Made by a program: the position numbers and the translations under genes. A model generated the notes under the pieces. The model was not told where the DNA came from. It saw nothing but the letters and a program-made list of their open reading frames with translations, and did not search any database. From contig CALWHF010000002.1 in the NCBI GenBank assembly GCA_944380305.1, positions 105,154 to 169,153 on the forward strand: a DNA stretch of 64,000 nucleotides, in the 5' to 3' direction. This document shows positions 1 to 13,524 of this stretch, piece after piece. The first letter of the stretch is position 1. The number at the start of each line of letters is the position of its first letter. This DNA is from an uncultured Christensenellaceae bacterium (GTDB lineage: Bacteria; Bacillota; Clostridia; Christensenellales; UBA3700).

Positions 1-138
1 GCCGTCACGCAGAATACCCGTCGTCTTTTCGGACAGACCGAGATCTTCGAGCGGCGTAGCAAGAGCCTCTGGGCTTCCCTCGGGCTCGTACGAGTCAAAT
101 ATCTTCTTTTTATTGCGTCTTCTGTTGTCTCTTCCCAT
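1..138 (-). CDS. N-terminal fragment of a hypothetical protein; gene runs off the window start
   Basis: Own minus-strand translation from ATG at 138: MGRDNRRRNKKKIFDSYEPEGSPEALATPLEDLGLSEKTTGILRDG..., open to position 1. Too short for the supplied ORF track. Confidence 0.4.
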   Translation of the reverse strand, partial: MGRDNRRRNKKKIFDSYEPEGSPEALATPLEDLGLSEKTTGILRDG

Positions 139-270
139 ATAAATCGATATTACCACATTTTTGCCCGATAGGCAACATTTATTCTCCGAACGCCGCGCAA
201 ATTGTTTGCGAAAACGCGCGAAAAGTCGAATCTGCACGCGTTTTCGTACGCCCGCATTACTTCTTGGACG

Positions 271-3333
<3,063 letters not shown>

Positions 3334-3447
3334 TTATTATACGCCCGCTACGGCGCGTTGTCAATGCGGGCTTTACACGCATGCGCGAATTTTTGCGCGC
3401 AAAAAATAAGTTGTAATTTTTATATACTATATGATATAATAGTGTCT

Positions 3448-5253
3448 ATGAAAAAATCGGCAATAGTTTTAACGCTTACCATTCTTCTTCTGGCGGTCGC
3501 CATGACCATCGGTTTTGCAAACGACAACGTCGCCGCTGCCGAAGAGATAAAGATATACCCCGACTCCACGTCGTCGTACGCCGCGTACGGCAACGCGATA
3601 GCGTATACGACCGAGAAAAACGAACTTGTGCTCGCCGCCGAAGGCGCGTCGTTCACTCTGAAAGACGCATACGCGGGCAAGAGCCGCAGTATCGCGATGA
3701 ACGGAGATTACATATTCCTTCTCTCCGTCGTACATGGCGAAAGCAAGGAGACGGTGTCTTTTACCGCGTTCCCCTACACACTCGACCCCGTATCGGTGGC
3801 AAGCGGTACAAACGCGCTCGGGCTTTTCTCCAACGTGACGGGCGAAGAGATCGCCGACAACGAATTTTTCGTAAACGAAAAGACGTCCAACGGGCTTACG
3901 ATGGGCGGCTACGATTTTATATATATCGACTCGTCCGACAAGATATACTGCATGGCGCGCGCCGAACAGCCCTACTCGGGAGGAGTGCCCGCCGCCGACT
4001 GCGTATTCTTCGGCGATCTTACGACAATGCAGTGGAACAGGCAGGGAATTTCACTGAAGAACTTCTCCTCCTCCACCGACTTCTTCGTAGTCAAAGAGAC
4101 GATATATTTCAACGCGGGCGGCAAGCTCTATACGACAAGTACGAGTACCGGGGCGGAATCCAATCTCCAGCTCGGCGATCTGAACGTATCTTCTCTCGCC
4201 TATGCCGACGGCATCGTCTACGCGCTCGCCGACGACGGGATATATGCCGTCAATCCAGCGGGATTTACATACAAGAAACTTCTCGACGAGAAATTCGACG
4301 GCAAGCTGCGGATCATGGAAGTCGACGACACGACTTACCTGCTTGCGCAGAGCGTGGAAAACAAAAACATCAAACAATATATCTGCAAGGGTACGTTCGA
4401 CGACGCAACGCTCGAGTACTTCAACGTGTTCGACGGCATAATCTATCAGGATCCGACAGAGTTTTCTCTGCTCAGGGTCGGCAAGGCGAACGCAGAAATC
4501 AACGCGTACTTCTCGCCCAAGAATCTAAAGATCGAATACTCTCTCGAGCAAGGCGACTACGTTCTCGCGCTCGCTAAGCAGGACGGTTTCTATTACGTCA
4601 GAAACGAAGAAGGCAATGTCGCATACGTCAAAGAAAGCGAACTCACTTTGCTGAACGCTTCCGAGACCACCGACATCGGCAAGTACGCTCAGGCTCTGCA
4701 CGACGGCACATCTGTCTACGTCTACCCGTACGTCTCTGACGACGTTGCCGCCACCGTCACGCTCGACGACATACTCGTCATCGTGGACAACGTGGCGGTT
4801 GACGGCGATACGCAGGTGTGGGGCTGGTATCACGTCTGCATTATAGGCGAGGACGGCACGTTGACTTACGGCTATCTTCAAAAAGAATACGCGAGCAAGT
4901 ATACCAATTTCAATCTCCCGTCCTTCTCCAAAGACGCTACCGTTTCCGCGGAATCTCTCGGCGGCATAATCAACGTATACCTGCTGCCCGACGAAGAAAG
5001 CGAAGTGCTGGGCACGCTGACCGACGGGGACAAGATCACGCTCGCACAGGATAAACTCGACACGGATACCGAATGGACCAAGATAGTTTACAAAGACATG
5101 GTCGGCTACGTCAGAACGGCGAACCTGATCACCGAGGGGATAACCCCGCTGCAGGTGACCCTGATCGTCGTGTTCGCAGTGGTCATAGTCGCTACGGCGA
5201 TCGTCGTCGTGCTCGTGGTCAAAAAACGCAGAGCTCAGAGATTCGATTACTGA
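3448..5253 (+). CDS. Membrane-anchored surface protein with SH3b-like repeats
   Basis: In-frame ATG at 3448 gives an N-terminal signal/anchor, MKKSAIVLTLTILLLAVAMTIGFA. SH3b-like segments are present (GFYYVRNEEGNVAYVKESEL, WTKIVYKDMVGYVRTANL). There is a C-terminal TM followed by KKRR. The track ORF part 2704-3447 is antisense to lacZ. Confidence 0.72.
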   Translation: MKKSAIVLTLTILLLAVAMTIGFANDNVAAAEEIKIYPDSTSSYAAYGNAIAYTTEKNELVLAAEGASFTLKDAYAGKSRSIAMNGDYIFLLSVVHGESKETVSFTAFPYTLDPVSVASGTNALGLFSNVTGEEIADNEFFVNEKTSNGLTMGGYDFIYIDSSDKIYCMARAEQPYSGGVPAADCVFFGDLTTMQWNRQGISLKNFSSSTDFFVVKETIYFNAGGKLYTTSTSTGAESNLQLGDLNVSSLAYADGIVYALADDGIYAVNPAGFTYKKLLDEKFDGKLRIMEVDDTTYLLAQSVENKNIKQYICKGTFDDATLEYFNVFDGIIYQDPTEFSLLRVGKANAEINAYFSPKNLKIEYSLEQGDYVLALAKQDGFYYVRNEEGNVAYVKESELTLLNASETTDIGKYAQALHDGTSVYVYPYVSDDVAATVTLDDILVIVDNVAVDGDTQVWGWYHVCIIGEDGTLTYGYLQKEYASKYTNFNLPSFSKDATVSAESLGGIINVYLLPDEESEVLGTLTDGDKITLAQDKLDTDTEWTKIVYKDMVGYVRTANLITEGITPLQVTLIVVFAVVIVATAIVVVLVVKKRRAQRFDY

Positions 5254-5323
5254 GGCTTTGCCCGCGCCGCAAAGCCGACGCGTCTTTTCAACAAGGAATA
5301 AACTCAAAACGAGGAAGTTTTAT

Positions 5324-6601
5324 ATGAAAGCTACAATGACTCAACAGATCCTGGCTAAAAAGCTCGGGATACAAGCCACGGATCCAGCTCTCAAGGCGGG
5401 CAATCTCGTGCTCATAGAAGCGGATACCGCCCTTTCCAACGACGTCACCGCGCCCGTCGCGATAGACGTGTTCAACAAGAGCGGCTGCGCACTGTGCGAC
5501 GCGAAAAAAGTTACGTTCGTGCTCGACCACTTCACCCCCAACCGCGACATCCAGTCTGCGAAACAATGCAAGATCGTACGCGATTTTGCACGCGAAAAAG
5601 GCGTCGACAATTTCTTCGACGTCGGCACGATGGGCATCGAACACGCACTTCTCCCGGAGAAAGGCATCGCCAAACCCTGGGACGTCATCATCGGCGCGGA
5701 CAGCCATACCTGCACTTACGGCGCACTGGGCGCGTTCTCCACAGGCGTAGGCAGCACTGACATCGCGGGCATAATGATGAGCGGTAAGATCTGGCTCAAG
5801 GTGCCTTCGGCGATCAGATTCAATCTCACGGGCAAGCCATCGCCTAGCATAAGCGGCAAAGACGTGATCCTGTATATCATAGGAAAAATAGGCGTTGACG
5901 GCGCGCTGTACAAGTCGATAGAATTTGCGGGCGAAGGCGTGAAATACATGACCGCAGACGATCGCTTCACGATATGTAATATGGCTATCGAATGCGGCGC
6001 GAAAAACGGCGTTTTCCCGATCGACGAAATCACTGACGCGTATACGAAAGAATCCTGCGGCAAAACTTTCGCGAGATTTGAAACTCCCGATGCCGACGCA
6101 TACGAGCAGACGATCGACATAGAGCTCTCCTCTATCCGCCCCGTAATCGCGAAACCGCATCTTCCTTCGAACACGCAGTTCGCGGACGAGCTGAAAGAGG
6201 ATATAAAGATAGATCAGGTCGTCATCGGCAGCTGTACCAACGGCAGGATAAGCGACCTCGAACAGGCGGCAAAAGTACTCGAAGGCAGACACGTCGACAA
6301 AAACGTGCGCACCATAATCATTCCCGCGACCAACAAGATATATCTCGAGGCTCTCGAAAAAGGCTATATATCGACCTTTATCAAAGGCGGCGCGATAGTC
6401 TCCACCCCCACATGCGGTCCCTGTCTCGGCGGGCACATGGGCATCCTTGCGAGCGGCGAGGTAGCCGTCACGACGACCAACCGCAACTTCATAGGCAGAA
6501 TGGGAGCCAAAGACAGCTATATCTACCTCGCGTCTCCCGCAACTGCAATGGCAAGCGCGATCGCGGGCAAAATAACCTGCGCAGACAAACTGGAGGACTG
6601 A
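5324..6601 (+). CDS. leuC: 3-isopropylmalate dehydratase large subunit (aconitase-family, short type)
   Basis: Motifs GADSHTCTYGALGAF, GSCTNGRISDL and CGPCLGGHMG. ATG at 5324 (MKATMTQQ). Followed directly by leuD and leuB. Confidence 0.9.
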   Translation: MKATMTQQILAKKLGIQATDPALKAGNLVLIEADTALSNDVTAPVAIDVFNKSGCALCDAKKVTFVLDHFTPNRDIQSAKQCKIVRDFAREKGVDNFFDVGTMGIEHALLPEKGIAKPWDVIIGADSHTCTYGALGAFSTGVGSTDIAGIMMSGKIWLKVPSAIRFNLTGKPSPSISGKDVILYIIGKIGVDGALYKSIEFAGEGVKYMTADDRFTICNMAIECGAKNGVFPIDEITDAYTKESCGKTFARFETPDADAYEQTIDIELSSIRPVIAKPHLPSNTQFADELKEDIKIDQVVIGSCTNGRISDLEQAAKVLEGRHVDKNVRTIIIPATNKIYLEALEKGYISTFIKGGAIVSTPTCGPCLGGHMGILASGEVAVTTTNRNFIGRMGAKDSYIYLASPATAMASAIAGKITCADKLED

Positions 6602-6604
6602 TTT

Positions 6605-7096
6605 ATGATAAAAGGCAAAGTTTTCAAATTCGGTGACGACATAGACACCGATATAATCGTACCCGCGACCTACCTGTCGACTTTCGACCCGAAGGAGCTC
6701 GCGAAACATTGCATGGAATACACTAATCCCGAATTCTACGGCGAGGTCAAGCAGGGCGACGTAATAGTCGCGGGCAAGAACTTCGGCTGCGGTTCTTCGA
6801 GAGAACACGCTCCGATAGCGATAAAAGGCTGCGGCGTCTCGATAGTCATCGCCAAATCATTCGCACGCATTTTCTACCGTAACGCGCTCAATATAGGCCT
6901 TTATATCCTCGAGTGCCCCGACGCTGTCGACGGAATAAACGCGGGCGATACGGTCGAAGTCAACGTGGATACGGGCGTCATAACAAACGTCACGACGGGC
7001 AAGAGCTGGCAGGCGGCTCCGTTCCCCAAATTCATACAGAACATTATTGAATGCGGCGGTCTCATCAACGCGATCAAAGAGAATAAATTCAACTGA
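6605..7096 (+). CDS. leuD: 3-isopropylmalate dehydratase small subunit
   Basis: 163 aa with [14 protein letters not shown] and [12 protein letters not shown] motifs. Lies 3 nt after the leuC stop. Confidence 0.9.
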   Translation: MIKGKVFKFGDDIDTDIIVPATYLSTFDPKELAKHCMEYTNPEFYGEVKQGDVIVAGKNFGCGSSREHAPIAIKGCGVSIVIAKSFARIFYRNALNIGLYILECPDAVDGINAGDTVEVNVDTGVITNVTTGKSWQAAPFPKFIQNIIECGGLINAIKENKFN

Positions 7097-7104
7097 GGTA
7101 GTCA

Positions 7105-8166
7105 ATGGAATACAATATCACGGTCATCCCCGGCGACGGTATAGGTCCGGAGGTCACCTCGGCGGCTGTCGAGGTACTTAAAGAAATCGGCAACAAATTC
7201 GGTCATTCTTTCAATTTCGAATACAGCATCTGCGGCGGTGCGGCTTACGACAAATACGGCGAGCCCCTTCCCGCGGAGAGCCTTGAAAAATGTCTGAAAA
7301 GCGACAGTGTCCTGCTGGGTGCGGTAGGCGGTCCGCAGTATGACTCGCTGCCCTACGAAAAACGTCCCGAGCGCGCGTTGCTCGGCGTCAGAAAAGCTAT
7401 GGGGCTTTACGCGAATCTGCGCCCCGCAAAACTGTTCGACGCGCTCGCTAACGTCTGCCCGCTCAAGAACCCCAAGAATATCGACATGCTCGTCGTCAGA
7501 GAGCTGATCGGCGGCATCTACTTCGGCGAAAAGGGAATACGCGAAGGCAAGTACGGCCGCGAAGGTTACGACGTTATGGCGTACGGAGAACTCGAAGTCG
7601 AGCGCATATGCCGCCTCGCTTTCGAACTCGCTCAGAAACGCCGCGGCAAAGTCTCCAGCGTTGACAAGGCAAACGTGCTCAAGACCTCGGGCGTATGGCG
7701 CAAAGTCGTGCACGACATCCACGAGGACTACCCCGACGTGCAGCTCGAAGACGTGCTCGTAGACAATATGGCAATGCAGCTCGTGCGCGATCCGTCGCAG
7801 TTCGACGTCATCGTGACGGGCAACCTGTTCGGCGACATCCTCTCCGACCTCGCGTCCCAGTGCGTAGGCAGCATAGGCATTCTGCCGTCCGCAAGCCTCA
7901 ACGAGACGACGCGCGGTCTTTACGAGCCTATCCACGGCTCTGCCCCGACAATCGCGGGCAAGAACATCGCCAACCCGATAGCGACAATACTCTCCGCATC
8001 CATGATGCTGAGATACGCTTTCGATCTGAAGAAAGAGGCTGACGCGCTCGACACGGCGGTCGAAAAGACTCTGAACGAAGGTGCGCGCACCGCGGATCTC
8101 GCCGAAGAAGGCAAACCCGTACTCGGCACGCGCGAGATGACCGAGGCGATCCTCAAAAATCTCTGA
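7105..8166 (+). CDS. leuB: 3-isopropylmalate dehydrogenase
   Basis: 353 aa with [20 protein letters not shown] and [15 protein letters not shown] motifs. Confidence 0.93.
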   Translation: MEYNITVIPGDGIGPEVTSAAVEVLKEIGNKFGHSFNFEYSICGGAAYDKYGEPLPAESLEKCLKSDSVLLGAVGGPQYDSLPYEKRPERALLGVRKAMGLYANLRPAKLFDALANVCPLKNPKNIDMLVVRELIGGIYFGEKGIREGKYGREGYDVMAYGELEVERICRLAFELAQKRRGKVSSVDKANVLKTSGVWRKVVHDIHEDYPDVQLEDVLVDNMAMQLVRDPSQFDVIVTGNLFGDILSDLASQCVGSIGILPSASLNETTRGLYEPIHGSAPTIAGKNIANPIATILSASMMLRYAFDLKKEADALDTAVEKTLNEGARTADLAEEGKPVLGTREMTEAILKNL

Positions 8167-8188
8167 TAAAGCAAACTGACAAAATAGA

Positions 8189-8216
8189 AACGACCGCGTC
8201 TTGCGGTCGTTTTTTC
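8189..8216 (+). terminator. Rho-independent terminator after leuB
   Basis: AACGACCGC-gtctt-GCGGTCGTT hairpin followed by TTTTT. Confidence 0.6.
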
Positions 8217-8386
8217 ATTCATGCATATTTTTATTTATAAAGCGGTTAAACGGAACGTACATCGCTTGCCGCGGCTTATCCGACTGCCGCTCACTGACAA
8301 TCGACAACAAAGTCTGTGCGCCCGCATAACAGCGCGGACGGAAAACACGCTTGTGAAAAACCGCGCTTTAAGCGCGGCATATATCT

Positions 8387-8764
8387 TTATATCAACGAAG
8401 ACGTGATGACGTAATTCGCGGTAGCAGTATTGGTAGCTATCGGAATATCGTATACGACCGCGATGCGGAGCAAGGCTTTGACGTCCGGATCGTGAGGCTG
8501 AGCGTTGAGCGGATCCCAGAAGAACACGACCGCATCTATCTCTCCTTCGGCTATCTTCGCACCTATCTGCTGGTCGCCGCCGAGAGGTCCCGAAAGGTAT
8601 CTCTTGACCTCGAGTCCCGTAGCGTCTCCGACGAGTTTCGCCGTGGTGCCCGTCCCGCAAAGATTGAATCTCGCGAGCGAATCCTTGTTCTTCATCGCCC
8701 AGCTTACCATCTCGGCTTTTTTCTGATCGTGCGCTATAAGCGCGAGCGTTCTTATCTTCTTCAT
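8387..8764 (-). CDS. mgsA: Methylglyoxal synthase
   Basis: [16 protein letters not shown]...GTGTTAKL...[11 protein letters not shown]...FFWDPL...[13 protein letters not shown] 8764 is preceded by AAGGAGA. Confidence 0.9.
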   Translation of the reverse strand: MKKIRTLALIAHDQKKAEMVSWAMKNKDSLARFNLCGTGTTAKLVGDATGLEVKRYLSGPLGGDQQIGAKIAEGEIDAVVFFWDPLNAQPHDPDVKALLRIAVVYDIPIATNTATANYVITSSLI

Positions 8765-8907
8765 TTCTTTCTCCTTGATGTTTCTATTGTCGTCACGCTT
8801 ATTATATCCCAAACTCGTGATAAAGGTAAAGCGTTTTTACTCACAATGACAAGCGAATGCATCCGCTTTGGATCACAAATAAAAATTTCCGTGCCCGTGT
8901 TTGTAAA

Positions 8908-10374
8908 TCAATCTACAGTTATCTTGAAACAGTACGGCAACGGGACGTTCGGTATCTCGCCCAGGCAAATCGTCAGGGCTTTTTCGTCCTGCGAAAACAT
9001 AACTTTCACGTCGCTGCCGAGCAGTTTCACGCTCTTTATGTCGTATCTGATCCCGTGCTCGCCCGAAAAAGCGAGTTTCTTTATCCGAAACTTCTTTCTG
9101 CTTTTCGCCTGCACAGGAAAGACGTATATCGCTCCCGTCCTGAACGTAAAACGGTAATCCTTCGCACCGAATTTCATTCGCTCGAAAAACGAGCCCTGTC
9201 TGCGCTTTTTCCCTTCCCCGAAACCTACTTCGCACGGCTCGCAATCATATATCGCTTCGCCGTTTGCTTTCATCCACGTTCCGATGTATGAAAGTATTTC
9301 TTTTTCCTTATCGCATATCGTTCCGTCCGCCTTAGGTCCTACGTTAAGCATGAAACAACCGTTTTTAGAGACGACCTCGATCATGTTACATAATATTTCG
9401 ACAGGAGATTTGTATACGTTCACGGAAGTATGACACCAGCTGTTTCTCGCCGTCGAAGTATCGTTTTGCCAAACATCGGAACGGATCCCGTCAACCTGCC
9501 CTCTTTCCACATCGAAAGTCGCGGCTCCTTTCATCACCGCTCCCACCTTGTAGAATACGGTCACCTGCTTGCCCCACTCCTTTCCTCTGTTGTAGTAGTA
9601 CGCAAGAAATTTCTTGAGATAGGGCTTGAATTCTCTTTTCTGTATCCACCAGTCGAAGTACACGGCTGACGGTTGCAGCCTGTCTATCATTTCACACGAG
9701 GACGCAAGCCAGTCTTCGAGCCAGTCTCTGTCGGCAGTTATCTCCTTATCCGTCTTTCCGGCGTTACCGCTCGGCGGCAGGTAAGCGGGACTGTACAGAT
9801 CACGGTATTCCTCTGTCGCCGCGACTTCGCTTTCGGGGAAATTTCGCCTCGCGAAATTCATGAACCAGTAGTGTTCGGCTCTGTGATTTGAAGCAAGAAA
9901 CTCCAATCCTCTTTTTTGCAACGCCTCTTTCAGCTCCGTTATATAATCCCTGCCCTTGAGGTCGTACATATTCCAGCGGTTGAGCGAACTTGCATACATC
10001 TTTATACCGTCGTGGTGTTCGCATACAGGCATAACGAATTTTGCGCCCGCGTCTGCAAATATCCTCGCCCACTCGTCCGCATCGTATTCAGCGGGATCGA
10101 ACATATCGATAAAACGACGATAATCGAAGTCGCTGCCGTATTTCGCTTTGTGATACAAACATACGGGATCGAACTTGTCGTACATTCTGCGCGGATACCA
10201 CTCGTTGCCGAATGCGGGCACGCTGTACACTCCCCAATGGATGAATATGCCGAATCTGCCTTTCCTGTACCAGTCGGGCGTTCTGTGTGCTGACAAACTC
10301 TGCCAGTCGTCTTTGAATTCCCCGTTTTTTATTACCTCGTCTATCTTTGCGAGATATTCCGCTATGCCGTTCAT
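8908..10374 (-). CDS. Alpha-L-fucosidase, glycoside hydrolase family 29
   Basis: FGIFIHWGVYSVPAFGNEWYPRRMY and downstream GH29-like sequence. ATG 10374 is preceded by GGAGGGGGAA. Confidence 0.87.
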   Translation of the reverse strand: MNGIAEYLAKIDEVIKNGEFKDDWQSLSAHRTPDWYRKGRFGIFIHWGVYSVPAFGNEWYPRRMYDKFDPVCLYHKAKYGSDFDYRRFIDMFDPAEYDADEWARIFADAGAKFVMPVCEHHDGIKMYASSLNRWNMYDLKGRDYITELKEALQKRGLEFLASNHRAEHYWFMNFARRNFPESEVAATEEYRDLYSPAYLPPSGNAGKTDKEITADRDWLEDWLASSCEMIDRLQPSAVYFDWWIQKREFKPYLKKFLAYYYNRGKEWGKQVTVFYKVGAVMKGAATFDVERGQVDGIRSDVWQNDTSTARNSWCHTSVNVYKSPVEILCNMIEVVSKNGCFMLNVGPKADGTICDKEKEILSYIGTWMKANGEAIYDCEPCEVGFGEGKKRRQGSFFERMKFGAKDYRFTFRTGAIYVFPVQAKSRKKFRIKKLAFSGEHGIRYDIKSVKLLGSDVKVMFSQDEKALTICLGEIPNVPLPYCFKITVD

Positions 10375-10388
10375 TTCCCCCTCCGCTT

Positions 10389-10898
10389 TCATATAATGCC
10401 GTTATTATAAAGCCATCCGCGTACATCGTCGTCGCACTCGTTTGCGTTGCCGCCCTTTACGGATAAGCCTTCGGCGACTTCGGCTTTCGGGCACAGTTTC
10501 TTTATGTCGGACACGCTTTTCGCAAGTCCGCTGCCCTCGTTGGTGCAAAGAGGCAATATCTTTTTACCCGCAAAGTCCGTACTTTCGAGAAAAGAAAACA
10601 CGGGCATCGGCATCGTGCCGCACCAGTTTGGATATGCGACGATAACGGTATCGTAGCCGGATACGTCTTTGTATTCTCTGAGCTTGGGTCTCGTGCCAGA
10701 CGCCATCTCGTCTCTCGACTCCTTGACGCAATCTCTGTACCCGAACGGATAGTCAACCTCTCTCTTTATTTCGAAGAGATCGCAACCCGTCATCGCAGCT
10801 ATCTTATCCGCGACGATCGCGGTATTGCCCTTTTCGACCGCGATTATCTTACCCGAAAAATAGTTTTCTCCGCTATGCGAAAAATACGCCGTCAACAA
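10389..10898 (-). CDS. Flavodoxin-like protein
   Basis: 169 aa. N-terminal MLTAYFSHSGENY... and VIVAYPNWCGTMP resemble the flavodoxin fold family. Confidence 0.7.
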   Translation of the reverse strand: MLTAYFSHSGENYFSGKIIAVEKGNTAIVADKIAAMTGCDLFEIKREVDYPFGYRDCVKESRDEMASGTRPKLREYKDVSGYDTVIVAYPNWCGTMPMPVFSFLESTDFAGKKILPLCTNEGSGLAKSVSDIKKLCPKAEVAEGLSVKGGNANECDDDVRGWLYNNGII

Positions 10899-10996
10899 TT
10901 TTATCTTAGCCTCCTTTTAACTGTGTTCCCAGCCGATCCCGCCCTCGCTTTAATATTGACGGGGCGGATGCGGAACGATCGTTTTTTATAATAAAA

Positions 10997-11013
10997 GCCG
11001 CTTGACAAGCGGC
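10997..11013 (-). terminator. Terminator hairpin downstream of the sigma factor gene
   Basis: On the minus strand, GCCGCT-tgtca-AGCGGC is followed by TTTTATTAT. Confidence 0.45.
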
Positions 11014-11014
11014 A

Positions 11015-11617
11015 TCATCTGTTCTTTTCCTTAACTGCGGCGCGTATCCTGCGCTTGATCTTCTGAAGAGCGTTGTCCACGGATTTTTCACTCTTTCCCG
11101 TCTCGAGCGCGATGTCTCTGTAAGATCTGCCGTCGAGATACAGCCTGAGAACGAGTCTTTCTTCCTGAGAAAGATTTTCAGCTATGTTTTTCTTGACCTG
11201 TATTGAGTTTTCACGCATTATTGCCGCATCTTCCGCCGATGTCGAACTCATCGTGTAATCGACGTCGTATATGGAAACGTAGTTGTTGAGTGCCTTGTGT
11301 TTATCGCGATTTGCCGCCTTTACCACGTCTATTATCCTGTTCTTTACGCAGCTGTATGCAAACGCCGAAAACGGCACTTTCGATTCTTCGTCGTAGGCGT
11401 CTATTGCCCTGTACAGAGCGATCATGCCTTCCTGTATCAGATCTTCGTCTCCCGCTCCCACGAGAAAATACTGACGCGCGACCGAGATCACGAGACTCTT
11501 GTAGCGGGTAAGCAGTTCTTCGGTAGACTGCATCTGTCCCGCACGACTCTCTTCTATCAGCAAAACGTCGTCTTTTACTATCACCTGAAATACCTCTGTC
11601 TGACCACTTCGTAGCAT
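11015..11617 (-). CDS. sigH: Sigma-70 family sigma factor, SigH (Spo0H)-like
   Basis: Region 2 (DLIQEGMIALYRAIDAYD..PFSAFAYSCVKNRIID) and region 4 (RLVLRLYLDGRSYRDIALETGKSEKSVDNALQKIKRR) are present. It sits in the conserved position after mrnC-rlmB. The start is uncertain: ATG 11617, or GTG 11584 overlapping the rlmB stop. Confidence 0.8.
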   Translation of the reverse strand: MLRSGQTEVFQVIVKDDVLLIEESRAGQMQSTEELLTRYKSLVISVARQYFLVGAGDEDLIQEGMIALYRAIDAYDEESKVPFSAFAYSCVKNRIIDVVKAANRDKHKALNNYVSIYDVDYTMSSTSAEDAAIMRENSIQVKKNIAENLSQEERLVLRLYLDGRSYRDIALETGKSEKSVDNALQKIKRRIRAAVKEKNR

Positions 11618-12303
11618 ATTATCCCGCAAGCTACCGATGCGTTGAGCGAATTGACCTTGCCTCTCTGTGGCAGGGAAACCGCCTTGTCGCACAGTTTAGC
11701 GGTCAGTTCTTTGACCCCGAAACCTTCGCTTCCAATGACTATTGCGACGTCGCCGTCGAGCCTCGTTTCATATATGCTCTCGCCGCCCATATCGGCGCAG
11801 TAGACGTTTACGAATTCGTCCTTCAGCATTCTTATCGCGTCGTTTATGTTGCCTACCTTCGCAACGGGAATATGATTCGCCGCGCCCGCTGAGATCCTGA
11901 CGACCGTCTCGTTGACGCTCGCGCTTCTTCTCGAAGGAATGATTACTCCGTGCGCTCCCGCGCATTCTGCGGCTCTGAGTATACTGCCGAGATTGTGAGG
12001 ATCTTCCACTCCGTCCAAGAGCAGAACGAATACTTTTTCTCCTCTTTCCCTGGCTTTTGCGAGTAGATCGTCCACCGTGCAGTATTTGAAATCCTCGCTC
12101 TCAGCGATGACTCCCTGATGTCTGAGTTCGCCCGCAAGTTTGTCGAGTACGCGTTTGTCGACGAATTCCACTCTCGCGCCCTTGCCTCGCGCGCTCTCTA
12201 CGATCCTGTCGAGATCGTGCGCGCCTTTGAGCAGATAGAGTTTATTGATTTTTTTATCGCTGTCTAAAAGTTCTCTGACCGCGTTTTTGCCAATAGATAA
12301 CAT
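11581..12303 (-). CDS. rlmB: 23S rRNA 2'-O-ribose methyltransferase, SpoU/TrmH family (RlmB-like)
   Basis: 240 aa with DGVEDPHNLGSILR, IVIGSEGFG and LNASVACGI motifs. Confidence 0.87.
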   Translation of the reverse strand: MLSIGKNAVRELLDSDKKINKLYLLKGAHDLDRIVESARGKGARVEFVDKRVLDKLAGELRHQGVIAESEDFKYCTVDDLLAKARERGEKVFVLLLDGVEDPHNLGSILRAAECAGAHGVIIPSRRSASVNETVVRISAGAANHIPVAKVGNINDAIRMLKDEFVNVYCADMGGESIYETRLDGDVAIVIGSEGFGVKELTAKLCDKAVSLPQRGKVNSLNASVACGIICYEVVRQRYFR

Positions 12304-13034
12304 CAGTTGAGATTCTTCCTCTTTTCTCTGACTTCAACCATTTTGCCGCAGCTCATTTTACCCTCTGCACACGCGCCTTTTACGCAGGACGGTCCGCAAT
12401 CGGCAAACAGCGTCGGCGAAACCTTGCTGACGAGCGCAAGCATCTGCCACGCGACGTCTCTTATCTCCCACTGTGCTCTGTTGCAGCAACGGAGGCTGAA
12501 GAAATGCATGAGCTCTCTCGCATTCATGGTCACTACCATCTTAGTCTCTGCGGCATTGGGAAGTACGAAACGCGCGTCCTCGTTGGATTTTTCGCAATCT
12601 CCTCCCAGCACTTTCTGCCATTCGTCGTACCATACCTGCATCGTGTCCATCTGTTTTTTGAACTTCTCGACGTATTCCTCTCCGAGAGCCTCTATGGATT
12701 CGGGTATAACGTAATTGAACGAGCCTTTTTTGTTAGCCGCGACGTATCTCTGCGACTTGACGCTGAAACTCGCTATGCGATGACGCGTTATCTGCGCGAG
12801 CAGACTTCTCGACACACCCTCGATGCCGAATGTGAACGACGCGTGCTCTATCGGCGAGAGATGTCCCATGGATACCAGTCTCGCTATGAATTTGGAAACG
12901 TCGCTTTCGTCTACGCCGCCTTTAAGATCCATTATATCTGCATCGCTGTAACACAGCTTTGCGGCAAGCGCGACGACCTGCTCCGGATTTGGCGTATGAT
13001 TGAGCAAAACTACTTTTGGTCTGACCTGTGGCAT
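12303..13034 (-). CDS. thyX: FAD-dependent thymidylate synthase
   Basis: Carries the ThyX signature ITRHRIASFSVKSQRYV. Confidence 0.92.
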   Translation of the reverse strand: MPQVRPKVVLLNHTPNPEQVVALAAKLCYSDADIMDLKGGVDESDVSKFIARLVSMGHLSPIEHASFTFGIEGVSRSLLAQITRHRIASFSVKSQRYVAANKKGSFNYVIPESIEALGEEYVEKFKKQMDTMQVWYDEWQKVLGGDCEKSNEDARFVLPNAAETKMVVTMNARELMHFFSLRCCNRAQWEIRDVAWQMLALVSKVSPTLFADCGPSCVKGACAEGKMSCGKMVEVREKRKNLN

Positions 13035-13101
13035 TATATTTCTCCTTACTCAGGGAAAACTCCTTCCCTTTCATCATGTCGGGCGTCTGATCCGCCCCCG
13101 T

Positions 13102-13524
13102 TCATTCTTCTTTGTATGCAACGTCTGCGAGTTCTTTGAGTCTTTCTCTCTGACCGCTCAGATAGAGATATCCTATCAGAGCTTCGAAACCGCTCGCCTT
13201 TCTGTAATCTGTCGACGTCGCGTTTTTTGCTATATTGTTTGTATGGCTGTTCTTCGCACGCCTGTAAACGCCCTCTTCGTCTGCCGTCAGCAACGGCAGT
13301 ATCCTCTCTGCCGCGACCGCCTGCGAATGAGCCTTTACTTCCTGTGAAACCGCCTTGTGAAGTACGCCCGCCTTACAACCCGTCTCGAGTGCGGTGCGGG
13401 TGCGGACGTACAGCATCTGCACGCTGTCGCCTATATAGGCAAGCACTAGAGGGTTTAGCTCCCGTGCCTGCTTTTCGGTCACAGTCTTTCCCGCAACGGG
13501 AAGGCAATCCGTCTTATTTTCCAT
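13102..13524 (-). CDS. mrnC: Mini-ribonuclease 3
   Basis: 140 aa with LAYIGDSVQMLYVRT and EALIGYLYL motifs. Confidence 0.83.
   Translation of the reverse strand: MENKTDCLPVAGKTVTEKQARELNPLVLAYIGDSVQMLYVRTRTALETGCKAGVLHKAVSQEVKAHSQAVAAERILPLLTADEEGVYRRAKNSHTNNIAKNATSTDYRKASGFEALIGYLYLSGQRERLKELADVAYKEE

Noticed and set aside
5254-5323. Possible T-box or leader-peptide attenuator upstream of leuC
   Set aside because: The gap is only 70 nt and has no obvious specifier or terminator structure. That is too short for a T-box.
5288-6808. 506-aa minus-strand ORF antisense to leuC/leuD
   Set aside because: Shadow ORF. The plus-strand frames carry unambiguous LeuC and LeuD motifs.
7102-7935. 277-aa minus-strand ORF antisense to leuB
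   Set aside because: Shadow ORF in GC-rich coding DNA.
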